Source: Botryllus schlosseri
Lineage: Eukaryota
Direction: 5' to 3'
Length of the DNA stretch: 64,000 nt
Assembly: GCA_051294905.1 (NCBI GenBank)
Contig: CM119380.1
Coordinates: forward strand, 992,001-1,056,000
Shown: one piece after another, positions 39,547 to 52,718 of the stretch
How the letters are laid out: the number at the start of each line of letters is the position of its first letter
How positions within the stretch are numbered: position 1 is the stretch's first letter
Program-made: the position numbers and the translations under genes
Notes under the pieces: generated by a model
The model's input: the letters and a program-made list of their open reading frames with translations, nothing else
The model's database searches: none
What the model was told of the DNA's origin: nothing

Positions 39547-39583
39547 GTAAGTATATGGACAACAACTGATTTGAAGATTACAT

Positions 39584-40432
39584 CAGTGTTGGGATGACTC
39601 GAGTCATGACTTGACTCGAGTCATGACTTGACTCGAGTCACCTTTTTCGTATGACTTGACTTGACTCGGCGTATCAGAAATGTGGATTGACTCGTGAATC
39701 GACGCGAAATTCACGACTCAGTCTCAAGTCATCAAGCAATCGCTGTCGATAAAAATCACTGTATCTTGCAATCGAATTGGTCGCGACACGCTGGTTTAAC
39801 CTGTGAAAGCGACCAATTATTCAATGATCGTGCGTTTTACTGCGCCTCGATTGTTCTCTCACAAATAAATTGACCGCTTACGAAGTGATCGAAGCTTACA
39901 GCTTACGTTGCCGTAAACTAGTATAGTATAGTAAAGTATTATAATAGAAAATGTCTATTACTGTTCTCTGTACCTGAACCAAACCTCTTGTTTTATTGAA
40001 ATTAAATTCGAAGATAGTTTATATAGTCCTCGACCATTGATTGGCGCAGGCTCGAATTGTATCATATCCATTTGTAAATGGATGATGTATTGCATCTTAT
40101 CAATTCGTTTATCTATGCTCTATTTTGGCTGGTAACTATAAACTGACGCTATGCAATTATACTTGCGTAGTTTAGCATTTCTGCGTATATTTAAGAGACA
40201 CAGCGCCGTCTTACGTGTATATTTAACTTCATATTCGTTCATCGGTTCAAAATCAATGACCAGTCAATCCGTGTTTCGGACAGCTAGCAAAATGCAATGG
40301 CATAGGCATGCCTCATACTTCGAAAAGGCAACTTGACTCGAGTCACTTCAAAAAATCGAGTGACTTGACTTGACTCGAGTCACCTTCGAAAATCGATTGA
40401 CTTGACTTGACTCGAGTCAAAATGTGCAATGA
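39584..40432 (-). mobile_element. hAT MITE (family of 24602-25565), truncated at one end
   Basis: Begins CAGTGTTGGGATGACTCGAGTC; 40330-40432 matches the reverse complement of 24645-24745; second TIR missing. Confidence 0.8.
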
Positions 40433-40473
40433 CACGAAAATACTCTCATAATGTACAAATATATATATTACAG

Positions 40474-40592
40474 ATCGGAAGTCACGCAATTTTCCACGTG
40501 TTGTCCGCCTCGTGTTTGTGGATAACCATGTACAATTGCATGGCACTGCAGGAGCGAAGATTTGAAATCGGCGAAATCTGCCCTAAATATTA
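40474..40592 (+). CDS. ADIPOR-like: AdipoR/PAQR-like last exon (TM7), with apparent -1 frameshift near 40490
   Basis: IGSHA in the splice frame, then FHVLSASCLWITMYNCMALQERRFEIGEICPKY* in the shifted frame; together they match FQSHQIFHVLVVAAAFVHFYGVSNLQEFRYGLEGGC. Confidence 0.82.
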
Positions 40593-42879
40593 GCAACAAA
40601 TAGTTTCAAATTATAGTGTAATTAGCGACTACATATCTCAGGTTTTATAAGATATGTAAGACCGTGTCCATCTGCTTTGCGTACCAGAATTATGCGATCT
40701 TGGAATATTAGATGAGCTGACCAGTGACTATAGCACATAGACGGGCAAAGTGCAACCCTAAACAGAATTTCGCTCGACTCGCGAAAAGCAGAAGAATCGC
40801 TATGGAAATATTTATAACATACATTGTAAAGATGGAATTACTGCAACGACTTGATTCAGCGTTTTCTTCTTCTATTTCACTAAAATATTGACGAGTTATA
40901 ATCTAAGTACAGTTTTGATTGCTGGCGAAATAGCCCCGCATCGAGGGCCAGGCATCATGGAAAGTTTCGGTTGTTAAGCACCACAGAAAGTCAAAACAGT
41001 GATGACTTAGAATCGACACAATCGATTTTCCTTACTACAGTCTTAGCGAAAGGAGTGTATATTTTTACCCGTGTACCACCCCTGATATCACGGGTCTTAT
41101 ACAGCCATGGCAAACGAAACCGGAACCCAACTCAGACTTATACCGCGCTAAAAATCGAGTAAAACATTGTAATCCAACATATGCATGTATGTAGGAACAT
41201 ATGAAGGTATACACGTACGCAAGTAGGAGTTATGACCGCGATATAATTCTGAGTTGACTTCTGTATTCGTGTATCACCCTTTTGGCCATATGGGTGTGAC
41301 AACACACTATTTCCACTGGGAGTGTAGTCGTTATCAAATGGATAACCTGAATGACACGTGTGCGCTATCATGAAATCAATAGTTGTATCCCTCTCTTCGA
41401 CCAGTGTATAATCAAGATTGCGTTCGGACTTATGATCCTAAATTTACTAAAGTGTGGTCCTCGAATGGATTGAGATGCTGAATGCGGCTTACGAGATGAA
41501 CCGTTATCCCGTCCCGGGTCTCGAGCCATAAATTGGTCAAAAGAGTTCCATTACAATGACTCGCGTAGTAATGCGAGAGCTGTCGACTTGCGCGGTTCAG
41601 AAAATCTAGCAGCGTGCATACTTCGCGCTGCTTGTGCGAGAAGATTAAATAATCCATTGACCATATATCACTGAATAGAAGAAGTAAACGTAAAGATAGA
41701 CCCTGAAGACGCTGATTTCTAAACGCGCTGGAATCCGATATCTGTTTCTCGGCTTGACAAACTCGCTCCCGGAAAGACTTGTATTTGCGGCCGGATGAGG
41801 TAAAGATGTAATTGTACTAAACACTAAGCACAGAGGTTCTCAACCTTTTAGACTGCGCGACATCCTCTATATGGGTATAATTGTTTGTTCCCTCCTATAG
41901 CACTTCGAGTACCCTGTGCGGCGAATAGTGCAGTGGTACGTTGTTTAGCTGCAACAGAAGTGGGTCGCGGGTTGGAAGTCGACTGCAGAATTACGTAATA
42001 AGCGTTGAAGATTTATCTGGGCTCCTCCTCACCATCTGCAAAAGCGTTGTCTCAGTAGTATATTTCATGTCTTTTGTCCCGAAAGTTTCAACAGTGGCCT
42101 GCTAAAACAGGTCTAACGTTGAAAAAGTCTAAGTCCATTTTTCCAGATTAGGACACGTCATGGGCTGCTAGGTATAATCGGTAACTGCTAGATTGCGAAA
42201 CGGTAGTTTCAAACGTTATAGGCGACCATACTTACTGTGATGAAATATTTGATATAGGCGATAATGCGATGTGAATGGTCCGACGCAACCCGGTATCTAA
42301 ATTGTATTCAGCGATACTTTCGTTAAAACATACTTGTCACTCCACGGTCCATATCTACTGTGCGCGAAGTGCAACGAAGATTATGGGTGTTACATAGCTT
42401 TTATGAAAATTAAATGTTGGTACTACGTGAGAACGGCCCCGAAATTCCTTAGGCCATCTTTAGTATTGGAGGATTAGACTACTTCTAATTGACAAACTGA
42501 AAATAGCGAAAAGTAAGTAAGTAGTTTACAAAATATTACGAAGTAGAAGTAGCGAAAAAAAGATATACTTGAGTAAGTACCAGAAGTAGAAGAAAAGTAA
42601 TTGAGTACTCCGAAAAAGTAGAAGTACTTCGTTACTGACCACCTCTGCCTGTTTCTCGTTTTGATGTTACATGTTGATTTTGAAAGTTGCTGATATTTTG
42701 TGAATGAAATTCTACATGCTTAGTCAGTCGATGGAGACTAAACTCGCTCGCCCCATTATATTCCCCTGATTATATCAACGTTGAGCATAAATTGTCGTGC
42801 CTCCGAAATTATCATCAAATCCTGTTTGAAATTGAAGGTTGAAGGAAATTAATAGTAGTGCGCATATACCTTGATTCCT

Positions 42880-43308
42880 TAGTAGACAAGACCAAATTTA
42901 TGAAAGAGTTTATCACTGTCCTGTTGCTCGGCAAGCATCCCTCGACCTCGTGGCACGTGATTTCGTATGCCCGTATCAAAAGCAGGGTACATCTCAAAGA
43001 TTGTTTGGGCGTATTAAACAGCATATCCCCTAATTGATTCGGTCAAAAACATGCGCAAATGATCGCACTGAGCTCGCACGTCAGTGCAAATTTGCTGCCA
43101 AAACAGACAAGCTATGACGATTACCAAGCATATGCTTCGTCAATTGGTCAGCATCTGAGTGAAAACCTCGCCTGTGCACAGCACTATAATGACAATATGT
43201 TTACTGTCATTGCGCGCGGCAGATCTTCGTTTCATTTAAAAGTGTTGGAGTCTACTTTTATTCAGTTGAGCAAACCAATTTCATGCAGACAAAAGGATTT
43301 CCTCTACA
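42880..43308 (+). mobile_element. Decayed Penelope-like element, GIY-YIG endonuclease C-terminus
   Basis: GTSQRLFGRIKQHIP and SIGQHLSENLACAQHYNDNMFTVIARGRSSFHLKVLESTFIQLSKPISCRQK resemble PLE GIY-YIG tails; stops present; a Charlie-type MITE end begins at about 43309. Confidence 0.7.
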
Positions 43309-44904
43309 CAGCGGTCTCAAACACGCGGCCCGCGGGCCGCATGAGGCCCGCAAAAGCATTTTGTGCGGCCCGCTACGACATTTTAGATTTTTATTAATTT
43401 GACACATATATCTTTTCAGGTTATTAAGTGAAAATTCCCTCTTAAATAGCTCCGAAAGCCTTAAACTATTCATCAAACTTCACTATCACGTTAATTGCAA
43501 ACGCTACCATGCAGTGGAAGATTCACTATTTCCAATTCATGATGACAAAACCTGACCCTTAATCTAAGCTTAGACGATTCGTGACTGAAATTTGTGAGTT
43601 GGACTTGGACGCGACCTTTCTTAGAATTACTCAGACTCGGGCTAACTCGATGGCAAAATGAAAATGACTCGAGTGGACTTGGAGTGACTCGGGATGCCGT
43701 AAATTTGTTAGAACCATGGACGCAACAAACTAGTTGCGTATCAGGGGAAAAGTAATAGATCATAAGGTCGCAACTTGGTATTTCGCTAACTAAGCAAGTA
43801 GTTATGGCAACCATTGGTAATCTGTTAGTTACATCTTTGGTCGCTAAACCATGTTATCAAGGCCACTTAAAGGTACCGAGTACCGTAGTGGTACGTGCCT
43901 ACGATGTAACAGCATGGACCGTTCGGCGTTCCGACATTTCAATCACTAGGACACAGTCAATATATATTATATTTATATTATATTTATATTTTTTTCTTCT
44001 CCTATATTTGAAGATATTTGGCCATGAGATTAATAGCCTACTTATCAGCAGTAGGCCTACACCCGAATCCTGGATCGGAATTACAATGCTCAACTGAAAA
44101 ATGTTTTGATATCAGATCAGTCTCCATCATCAATCTGTTAGATTCAAAATATTCACAGTAGCTGAAAATTATAACCCGATATCTTTTATGATGGCATCAT
44201 ACATTTGTCCACACATATGGTGTCTATATCTTATAGTTAATTTATATCAAGTACAACAACAATTCCATTCAAATAGTTATAAATGTGATGATTCTTTTCG
44301 TGCCAGGCCTAAATTGATACAAGAGTAAATCACATTTTGACGATGTGTGTTTACTGTCAGTCTGCCGGATCGGCTCACTTTCCATAGGACAATTCATTCC
44401 CGCCAAATAAGACCTACTTGAAAAGATTTAGTATACCCCTATAAATGCTGCGGCACTGAACTGAATGATCCTAACGGTCGCAAGTGACACCGGCACAATT
44501 CCGTTTACTCATAATCGTGAATATAGCTCGACTCAATCTTATATAATTAGGTGTATATTTTCAATTTTCATGAAGGTTACTAAAATCAAGATAACTATGG
44601 ACACATAATCGCGCGAAACAATTGATGAAAGTAAGTCAATCTGCCGCGAAATAATGAAAAATACGACAATGTGAACGGGCATGGTCCTTTTCGTCGACTC
44701 TGGCTACGCCTAAGCGTCAAATCGATTGTTTTTTCGGTCATCAACATCCCAAATTTGGCTTTCGGGCTAATCAAACTGTTGGTTGACCTTACAAGTTCAC
44801 AATAAATTACGTCGGCAATTCATATTTTGATAATACAACTAATTTCGGCAATTACTGTGCGGGCCTCACGACACAAATACTGCTCGCATGCGGCGGTTGG
44901 CCAT

Positions 44905-47860
44905 CAGGGCTATGGAGTCGGTAAATTTTACTACCGACTCCGACTCCGATTCTTTAAACACGCCGACCCCATCTCTGGCTCAGACTCCGACTATCCCCCT
45001 TGCAAAACCCCGACTCCGACTCCCACTCCGACTCCAATACTAACACAAATTTACTTCGAAAATTATGTGCCACGGTGATGGTCTATTTACTTTCATATAA
45101 CCATTTAACATATGCTAACAAATTATTTACAATGACATGCAAAATTGTTTCATTTTGGACAGCTAGAAATGTTTTATCTGTTTTCATAACATAGACCAGC
45201 CACGGCTAATATGTGTGAATCATTCAAACATGATATATTTCCCACCCTGCATAATTACAATGTGGATAAAACCATAGAAGTATAGCTCTTGTATGTGAGT
45301 CCGCAACTAATACAGATATCTACAAATTTTGTCTCTAAACACCATACCGCCGACAAGCACACACTCTCTCACTACTAATAAACGGTGGTCAGAAACGAGA
45401 TTTAGGGCGTATTCAAATAGCATAGTTGTTTTAGTATGTATAAATTATTATATACAAATACCTACATGCACGTAATCAATTACACTGGTCTACACGATTT
45501 TCGCGCCAGGACTTCTTTGGGTCAATTACACCTAATTTGGGGGCGCTGAATACGAATGTGACGTTATTTTTGCTCTATCGCATCATGTTGAATATTTCTA
45601 CTTTTTCGAGGGAATCAAGTAGATTTGGGCTACTTACAGTACTTACTGAAGTGGTATTGTTTTACAACTTCTTCAACATCTACCTGAACAGTATTCTGGA
45701 TTAACTAATTACATTTGCAATTAGGTTTTGCTAAAATAGAAAGTAGTTCAGGATAATATTCCACCACTATCATGAGTTAAATTGTCGTAAGAAACGCGCG
45801 AAAAAAACTCTGAATCACGGTAACCGGATATATTTTTCAAAGATTCTACCCAAAAGCGTAAGCTGTTTGCATTTAGAACTGGCATTTAATCCTGCAAAAC
45901 ACTAGGAAAAGGCATCGAAACATCAATAAAAATTAACTAATGCTCATCTCTGGCTATCTCCAGCATAGAACACATGGTATTTGGTGTAGCGTACAAAATG
46001 TCCTATGTCGAGACGGATCGACTGACCTAGAACCGATGCATATTTATTTTTATTATGAAGTAACACGCACTTCAGGTTTCGTGTCCTGTCCATTCACATG
46101 GCTGTCTCTAATAGACAATGCAAAAGAAGCCCTTTATATCACCGCAATATACCAAAAGAAATAAAGCGGAAGCGGAAGCAGCTTTCCTCGATTCCGATAA
46201 AATGTAACAGAATATGAAAAACGGAGAAAAAGAATTAGCATGATATGTACTGGCGTAGATTAAATATGATAAAAAGTATTTCAAGTTATCATGATAATCC
46301 ATCTTTTCTTTGGAAAAGGAGATATCCTGTTTCTTCTAATGTTTCGAAATAAGCTTAGAGGACCACATATTTAGGTCATGTACCGGAGTGAACAATTCTC
46401 TTCTACATAATATACCAACAATATAATATAACAATGTAATGTTTGTTGTTTGCAAACTTTTACGTTATATATGAGAGAGTAGTGCGCTTTCAAAAAATGC
46501 ATTGACCATTTGCAGGACAGATGTATAAAGATATATAACGTAGGGAACTAAATAAGGTACGGAACTACTAATCACTATCTTCAAAAGAAGTGTAGTAGGC
46601 CCTATATAAAGATGATGACTGCTACCGACTAAAATTAGTTGCAACCATGTATAAATTTATTGGTTGAAAAGAGGTGTTGATCGAAAGAAGATAGAGAACC
46701 AATGGATTCAAGTTCACCGAAAAATCAGTTATTCTGTTCTACAACAAGCCAGGTTTCATCATTATATATAATTTCAATAACAATATTTGATTTGTTGCAG
46801 TTTTACGCTCACCGTAATGTCACTAACGCAAGCCAAAATTAGATTAATTTATTAAAATGAAAGAAAAAAACATAACTAAATAAATTGACGCGATAGAGAA
46901 ATTCTGGGCACAGAATCGGATTCAGCAACCTAATATTAGCTTGGATCAATCATTAAAATTGTTGTTGCAAATTTTCTTTAATTTGTAGATCAGTGTAATT
47001 TTATGGGTCGATAAGAGCTTCTGATTGAACGAAGAAAAATAATTACTGGATTCAAGTTCATCGAAAACTCACTCATTCTGTACTACAGCAACCCAGGTTT
47101 CGCGATGGATGATTTTAATAACAATATTTGATCCGTTGCTGTTGTATGCCAACCGTGATGTCACTAACGAAAGCTGAAAATTGGTTAATTTACGGAAATG
47201 GGAAAAATTCATTCGGAAAAAAATTGGCGTGAGAGAGAAATTCTGAGCACAGAATCGGATTGAACAACCTTCAATTAACCTAAATCAATCATTAAAATTT
47301 TTGGCTCAAAATTATTTTCGAAATTTGTAGACCAGTGTTATTCATGGAATAGGGCTATTCTTGCACTAATTCTTAAGATTTGTCCGACCTTAGCAGCTGA
47401 GCTACTTACTTGGAATATTTTTTATTTCGTCCAGTGGGAAGCAGCGTTTGGTTATATTTGCAACAATTTACCAGAGGGGTTGACACTTACAAAACCGAAC
47501 GAGTAAATTTAGTCTTTCACAGTATCATGGCATAATTCCTAAAATTGCACCAATTTTTGATTGCATCAGCAATTTGGCGTTCGTCACGAGAATGCATCTT
47601 CCAGTGTTTTTCCTCTATGCGACTGAATTGCAATTTGCAAATAATTTCCAATCAATATTGTTAATAATGGCAGTGATTGTTTGTGCATACAAATCCTATT
47701 TTATTTATTACTAATAATTTTGATAGGCCCGTGAAATCAGTTGTTTTCATAATAAAGAAGATGGAGTTGGAGTCGGAACCACGAGCATTTTCACAAACTC
47801 CGATCGCGAGTCCATTAAGGGAGAAATTAGCGAAACTCCGACTTCGATTCCATAGCCCTT
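44905..47860. mobile_element. Old hAT MITE (CCGACT arrays) expanded by a nested insertion
   Basis: Left CAGGGCTATGGAGTCGG with CCGACT repeats; right ...CCGACTTCGATTCCATAGCCCT; TSD not recognisable. Confidence 0.55.
45483..47337. mobile_element. Chapaev3-like (CMC) non-autonomous element with duplicated right end
   Basis: CACTGGTCTAC ... GTAGACCAGTG termini flanked by TTA; subterminal CGGATTCAGC-like motif; inner right end at about 46995 followed by TAA. Confidence 0.6.
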
Positions 47861-48109
47861 TTGCGACCCCAACTATATAGAGACTATCCTAATGTTAGAT
47901 TTCGATACCGGATGATATGAAAAATTCACTTATACTGTTGTACTTGTATAAGGAATGGAGAGCTCGGGTACATGACAATCTTCGTATATTCCATTTGAGT
48001 GACAATGCAATTTGCGGCAACTGATAATTGATTTTGCAGTGTCCTGTCCTTAATCTGAATAGGATGAAAGAGGCTCTTGCTGTTTCCTCGCTGGGGTAGC
48101 TTTGGAAAT

Positions 48110-48400
48110 CTTACCCTTGGGATGAAAGAAGCTTCTGTATTGTGATTCCTATACCATTTGTATGAACTCTTCTCTGAAAAGGCTTCGTCAGAATTCCAAC
48201 ATTCAGTTTGGGGGACAATTCGACATCGTCCTCACTGCTTCTATGCATCGCGGAAGATTTAGCCATTGTATCTGCGATTTCATTGCACTCCACTGAAATG
48301 TTGTCTGGAATTCAAAGCATAGTCATGATGAAACGTCTGCGTTTCAAATCAACACACTGGACATTTATGTCTATAACAAGAATGTATTTAATATATGCGA
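48110..48400 (-). mobile_element. Decayed LINE RNase H fragment
   Basis: L*IPDNISVECNEIADTMAKSSA resembles the WVPGHxGIxGNExADxLAK motif of LINE RNase H. Confidence 0.5.
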
Positions 48401-51185
48401 CCGGATATCTTGTAGGGATCTCAGACCATCGGATAAGATAACTCCATCATGGTTACTGCTGTTGCTTTTTTTAAATCCATTTGAGGATTTCCAATATAGC
48501 TACGACCGTACCGTAATTTGCGTTTTTCAATACTTTTTTGACGCACCCTCAGTTCAAACATATAACGTCCATGGTTCATATAATAATTTCATCTCATTAA
48601 TGCAAGCTTTTGCATAGTGCTACTCAAGTATAGAAATGGAAGTATGGAATTAAATTCTACTCAATTACAAGTACAAGTAGTACATTTCGAAGAGATCCAA
48701 AACTACTTCCAGTGGAACAAGAAGTATTATTTGTCTTATGTGAAAACTATATACTCACGTTGGTAAGTAGTTTTACATTCCATTATAAATACGCTCTCAT
48801 GGATCGTCTAATCCTGGAAACCGACATAAGCGGACGGTGTACAGATCTGCATGGGTGTGTGTTGCTCATCCCATGCCGGAGATATACATTTTCGAGAGCA
48901 TAAGAATTGTATCACAACAAGTTCTTTGCTTTATAAATGTGGTGCTATGCCCTTTTCCCCCCAGTGAAGTATTTCAGAAAACGTCAAGGTAAGGTGCACT
49001 CCATGGAATACTGAAGCCAGTAGTTAAAATGACGATAAGAGATGCGGAGCGAATAATATGTAACGGATGCAATATTACCGCTTTGCGCAAGTAGGCGGGC
49101 AACAGAACATATAGTAGATCGGTTAATTCCAAACGTTGTGCTGAGCTCTAAATACTGTGATGAAAGTGTGCAGCCGGAAATTGCGTCCATGAACCAGGAA
49201 ATCGTTACATAAATTGATCCATACTTTCTTGGAAACATATTGGTCACTCAATATATATTTTGAGCCGAGCATGACGATAATTCTGGACTCTCCGCGAAAA
49301 CAGTCCGCGTATTCTCCGTTTTGGCCTCTCCTTCTTATTGGAGGAACATAATACTTCTACTTGAAAACTGTAAATAGAGAAAAGTAAGCAAGTCAGAAAA
49401 TATGACGGAGTAGTAGTAGCGAAAAATTCCATTTACTTGGGTGAATACTGCAAACAGAGGAAAACTACTTGATCACTTTGAAATGTACCCAGTCAACAAA
49501 ATGGGACCTGGTCGCCCGGCGTATCATTCGCATTCGATGTCAAAATGATGCTTCAAAAGGCACAATTTTGGCACTTCAGCCGCAGACTCATTAACCCTTT
49601 GTTGCCCTCCATTAGCCCTCTCGCTATTGCAGCTGACAACCACTATTAGCCCTATTGCTACCTGAATCATTGTTGCTTTCTGGCAGACATAAATGACCCT
49701 TATGTTGTAAGACATCACAATGTTACAATATGTTTTCATTATCATATTAGGTATAATAAAACCCACCAGGAGCATACATATAAAATACCGGTCAAATAAA
49801 GACACACGGTCGTATAAAATCCATAAAACGACATATTGATTTCAATCGAGATACAGAGGGATCTTCTTTCCGGGACAACTTTGCTACAACTATTCATGCT
49901 CTGGAATTGAAATACAGACAAAATCTGGTTTATCAAACAAGTCTGTAACTTGGCGGGAAGATCAGAATCAAGCAACGCGGAGCTACCATCAGCAGCCGAC
50001 GCACTGTGTGGCACGCTAGAGCCCAATTGTGTATGATTTCTAACAAGTTTAGGCTTGGCGTAGTCTTATGATATCTGGGTAATTCCACTGGCGTCATATT
50101 CGTGCGATGGACTGTCATCCAGATATCTTTAGCAGTGATAATCCGCTGATCATGGCCTATGTCGCGGCAGGTTGAACCAATTCGTAGAGGACGATAGTTT
50201 ATGAACTGCTGCCTTCGCCAACCCTGCATTCTTTCCAATTTACCGTCAGACTTATACTGATATTTGGGCGTATCGCTATCACTTCATGACTTCAGTCTCC
50301 ATCGTAAAATAAAGGCGAAATATACAAACAAAATAACTCGTAGATTAACTGAAATAAGTATCACAAATTTTAATCAGAAATTATCACAAGATATAGTATT
50401 TGGCTGAACAGTTGAAATGCCAACCGTTTTAACGAACATCCATGATTGTAAATTCAGTCACAAATATTGCAGACAGAGAAAATAGATGGGTTGAGCATAG
50501 CCCATGTTTCGTTAATATATAGGCTATACATATACATTAAAGTAACAAATGATGTCAAATGCATAACCAAACCACGTCAAGATTCGGTGAGGGGTACCGT
50601 GACTCGTCCGCGGTTTACCATCAAAATATCAACGGACCGGTAGTACGCATTACGTTCAGAGCACTAATTACTTGACAAGTATCACGCTCTTCACTGCCGC
50701 CAATCTAACATTTCAGGCCACGTAAAAGTCAGAGTAACCATTCATATCAAGTCCTATTTTACAAGCCTAACGCAAACAAGCAATTAACGTGACTGAATAG
50801 CTATTCGAAACAACATTTGACTATCAACACACATCTAAGCAAAGCAAGCATGCTAAAAAATTCAATAATAACCCGAAATATCTCTTGCTTAACTTATCTC
50901 AACGAAGAGCTTCATTCATATTCCCTTCCAACGCTATAAACTCGGAAATACAATTCGCTGGTACGGACGGAAGATAATTCAAACTTAAAGTGTGAAGCGG
51001 TAAAAACATCCGATGACTTATGACATCACAATCGCTCCACGCTCAAGTGCTCACAAACCTGACAAAGCTAGGCAGAAGAAACGTCACGGTGAACCCGCGT
51101 GATAATCAAGCGCAATTTGATTGGTTAACGCTGACACCAATTTCTCTGGCCGACAGATGGAAAGGCGAACAATCGATCTTCTGAA

Positions 51186-51696
51186 TGGGGCTGGGCAAAA
51201 TCGAGTACCCGAGGGATTCGCTTCTGAATCACGAATTATGCTTCGAGTCGAGTAATCGAGTATCCCACATTATGACGCCATAACAAAATGTAACATGTCA
51301 TAGTTCAAGTATTTACCTTTTATGCCACCACAAAGAATATAATTACTGCTATCCATCACATTGAAGATAGTTTTGTATTTTTCGACCATACTGATTTCAT
51401 TGCACTTGGTGACAATGTTGCGAGGTGGTCATGACTTCGGAAATGTGCTATATCCAATATCCTTCGTAGCTCTGTACTATATATTTCGTGTGCTACAATA
51501 CGACCAATCAAGGTGTCAAGGTTTCAACAGAGACAATTAGTATCGAAACTATAATTCTCGTTGATAAATTAACTGTCAGTGACGAAGAGCGTATGATTTC
51601 AGTACTCAAAAAAATCGTCTTTTACTACTCGACTCGAATCATTAAAACCAATACTCGATTCAGATTCGAGTACCCGAATCATTGTGCCCAGCCCTA
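51186..51696. mobile_element. hAT MITE
   Basis: TIR (T)GGGGCTGGGCA / TGCCCAGCCCTA; TSD CTTCTGAA/CTTATGAA (7 of 8); related fragment at about 31520-31640. Confidence 0.82.
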
Positions 51697-52718
51697 CTTA
51701 TGAATTAGAGAGTGATCAGTTTTTGTCCATCAAAGGTGCCGCCCCAATCTAGTGTCAAAACGTGTGCGTTCACTTCTCTCCTGCACTGTCTAAACCTGGT
51801 TCGGCATTGAATATACACAGTTACACACTTTTGTTGACTGGGTAGAAGTACTTCGTTACTGACCGCATCTGCAAATATATGATAAGTAAAGAACGTGCGA
51901 CATCAGGAATTTTATCGATTTTACATTGATGACGCAACTGCGAATTTGAAACAGATCTGAAGTAAATGAAAATGTGAAACCACAAAACTGTAATGTAGGC
52001 GCTAATTTTAATTTTGTTACTACTTTCCTCATCATAATTTTGCATGAACCATTTCCGTCATGGACGACTCTGAATAAATTTGACCATTGCAAATATTAAC
52101 AGTGGGGATTACCACAACTGAGTACCTAAGTCATTACGCGTTCATGTGACTATAAATTATGGGGAATTCCAAATACTGTATGTGTCTTTCATGCTACCAG
52201 ATGAAGATAATTTGGTATTTTACGACTACCTTTTGCATTGCACTTTCTGACAAATGCTTTGGATTGATTTCGGCTGCATATAATTTCAATTACCATTAAC
52301 CTGCGTAGCCTTTTAGTTACCGTTTTGTATATTTTGATACGTCCAATTGAGGTTGCAAGGCTCGAAGAAAAGCATCGAAACTGCAATCCCAGTTAACAAC
52401 ATAACTCTTATTAGTTGAAAGAAGCATATGATTTCAGTACTCAAAAAATATCTTTCCAGTGGGTTCTTCAAGTATGGGTCGTCAATGGTATAAATGTGGG
52501 TAACGAACCGATTTCTGAATTCCCTGCAGAATAAATCTTAGCACTTCGCGCGATATCATGTGCTTGGTTTGTACCTGTACCACATCACTGCGTTGAATAG
52601 GCAATAAGCCATAGGCAATACCCAATAAGCGAGACGCGAAGAAAAGTCGTTACTACAATGGCGTGATACTGAAAATGTGACGACCTTTGTATCGCAGAAA
52701 ATGGTTTCATGTCATGAT

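Noticed and set aside
48984-49247. Harbinger HTH remnant (LSTTFGINRSTICSV)
   Set aside because: Single short motif; no TIR, TSD or catalytic fragments found.
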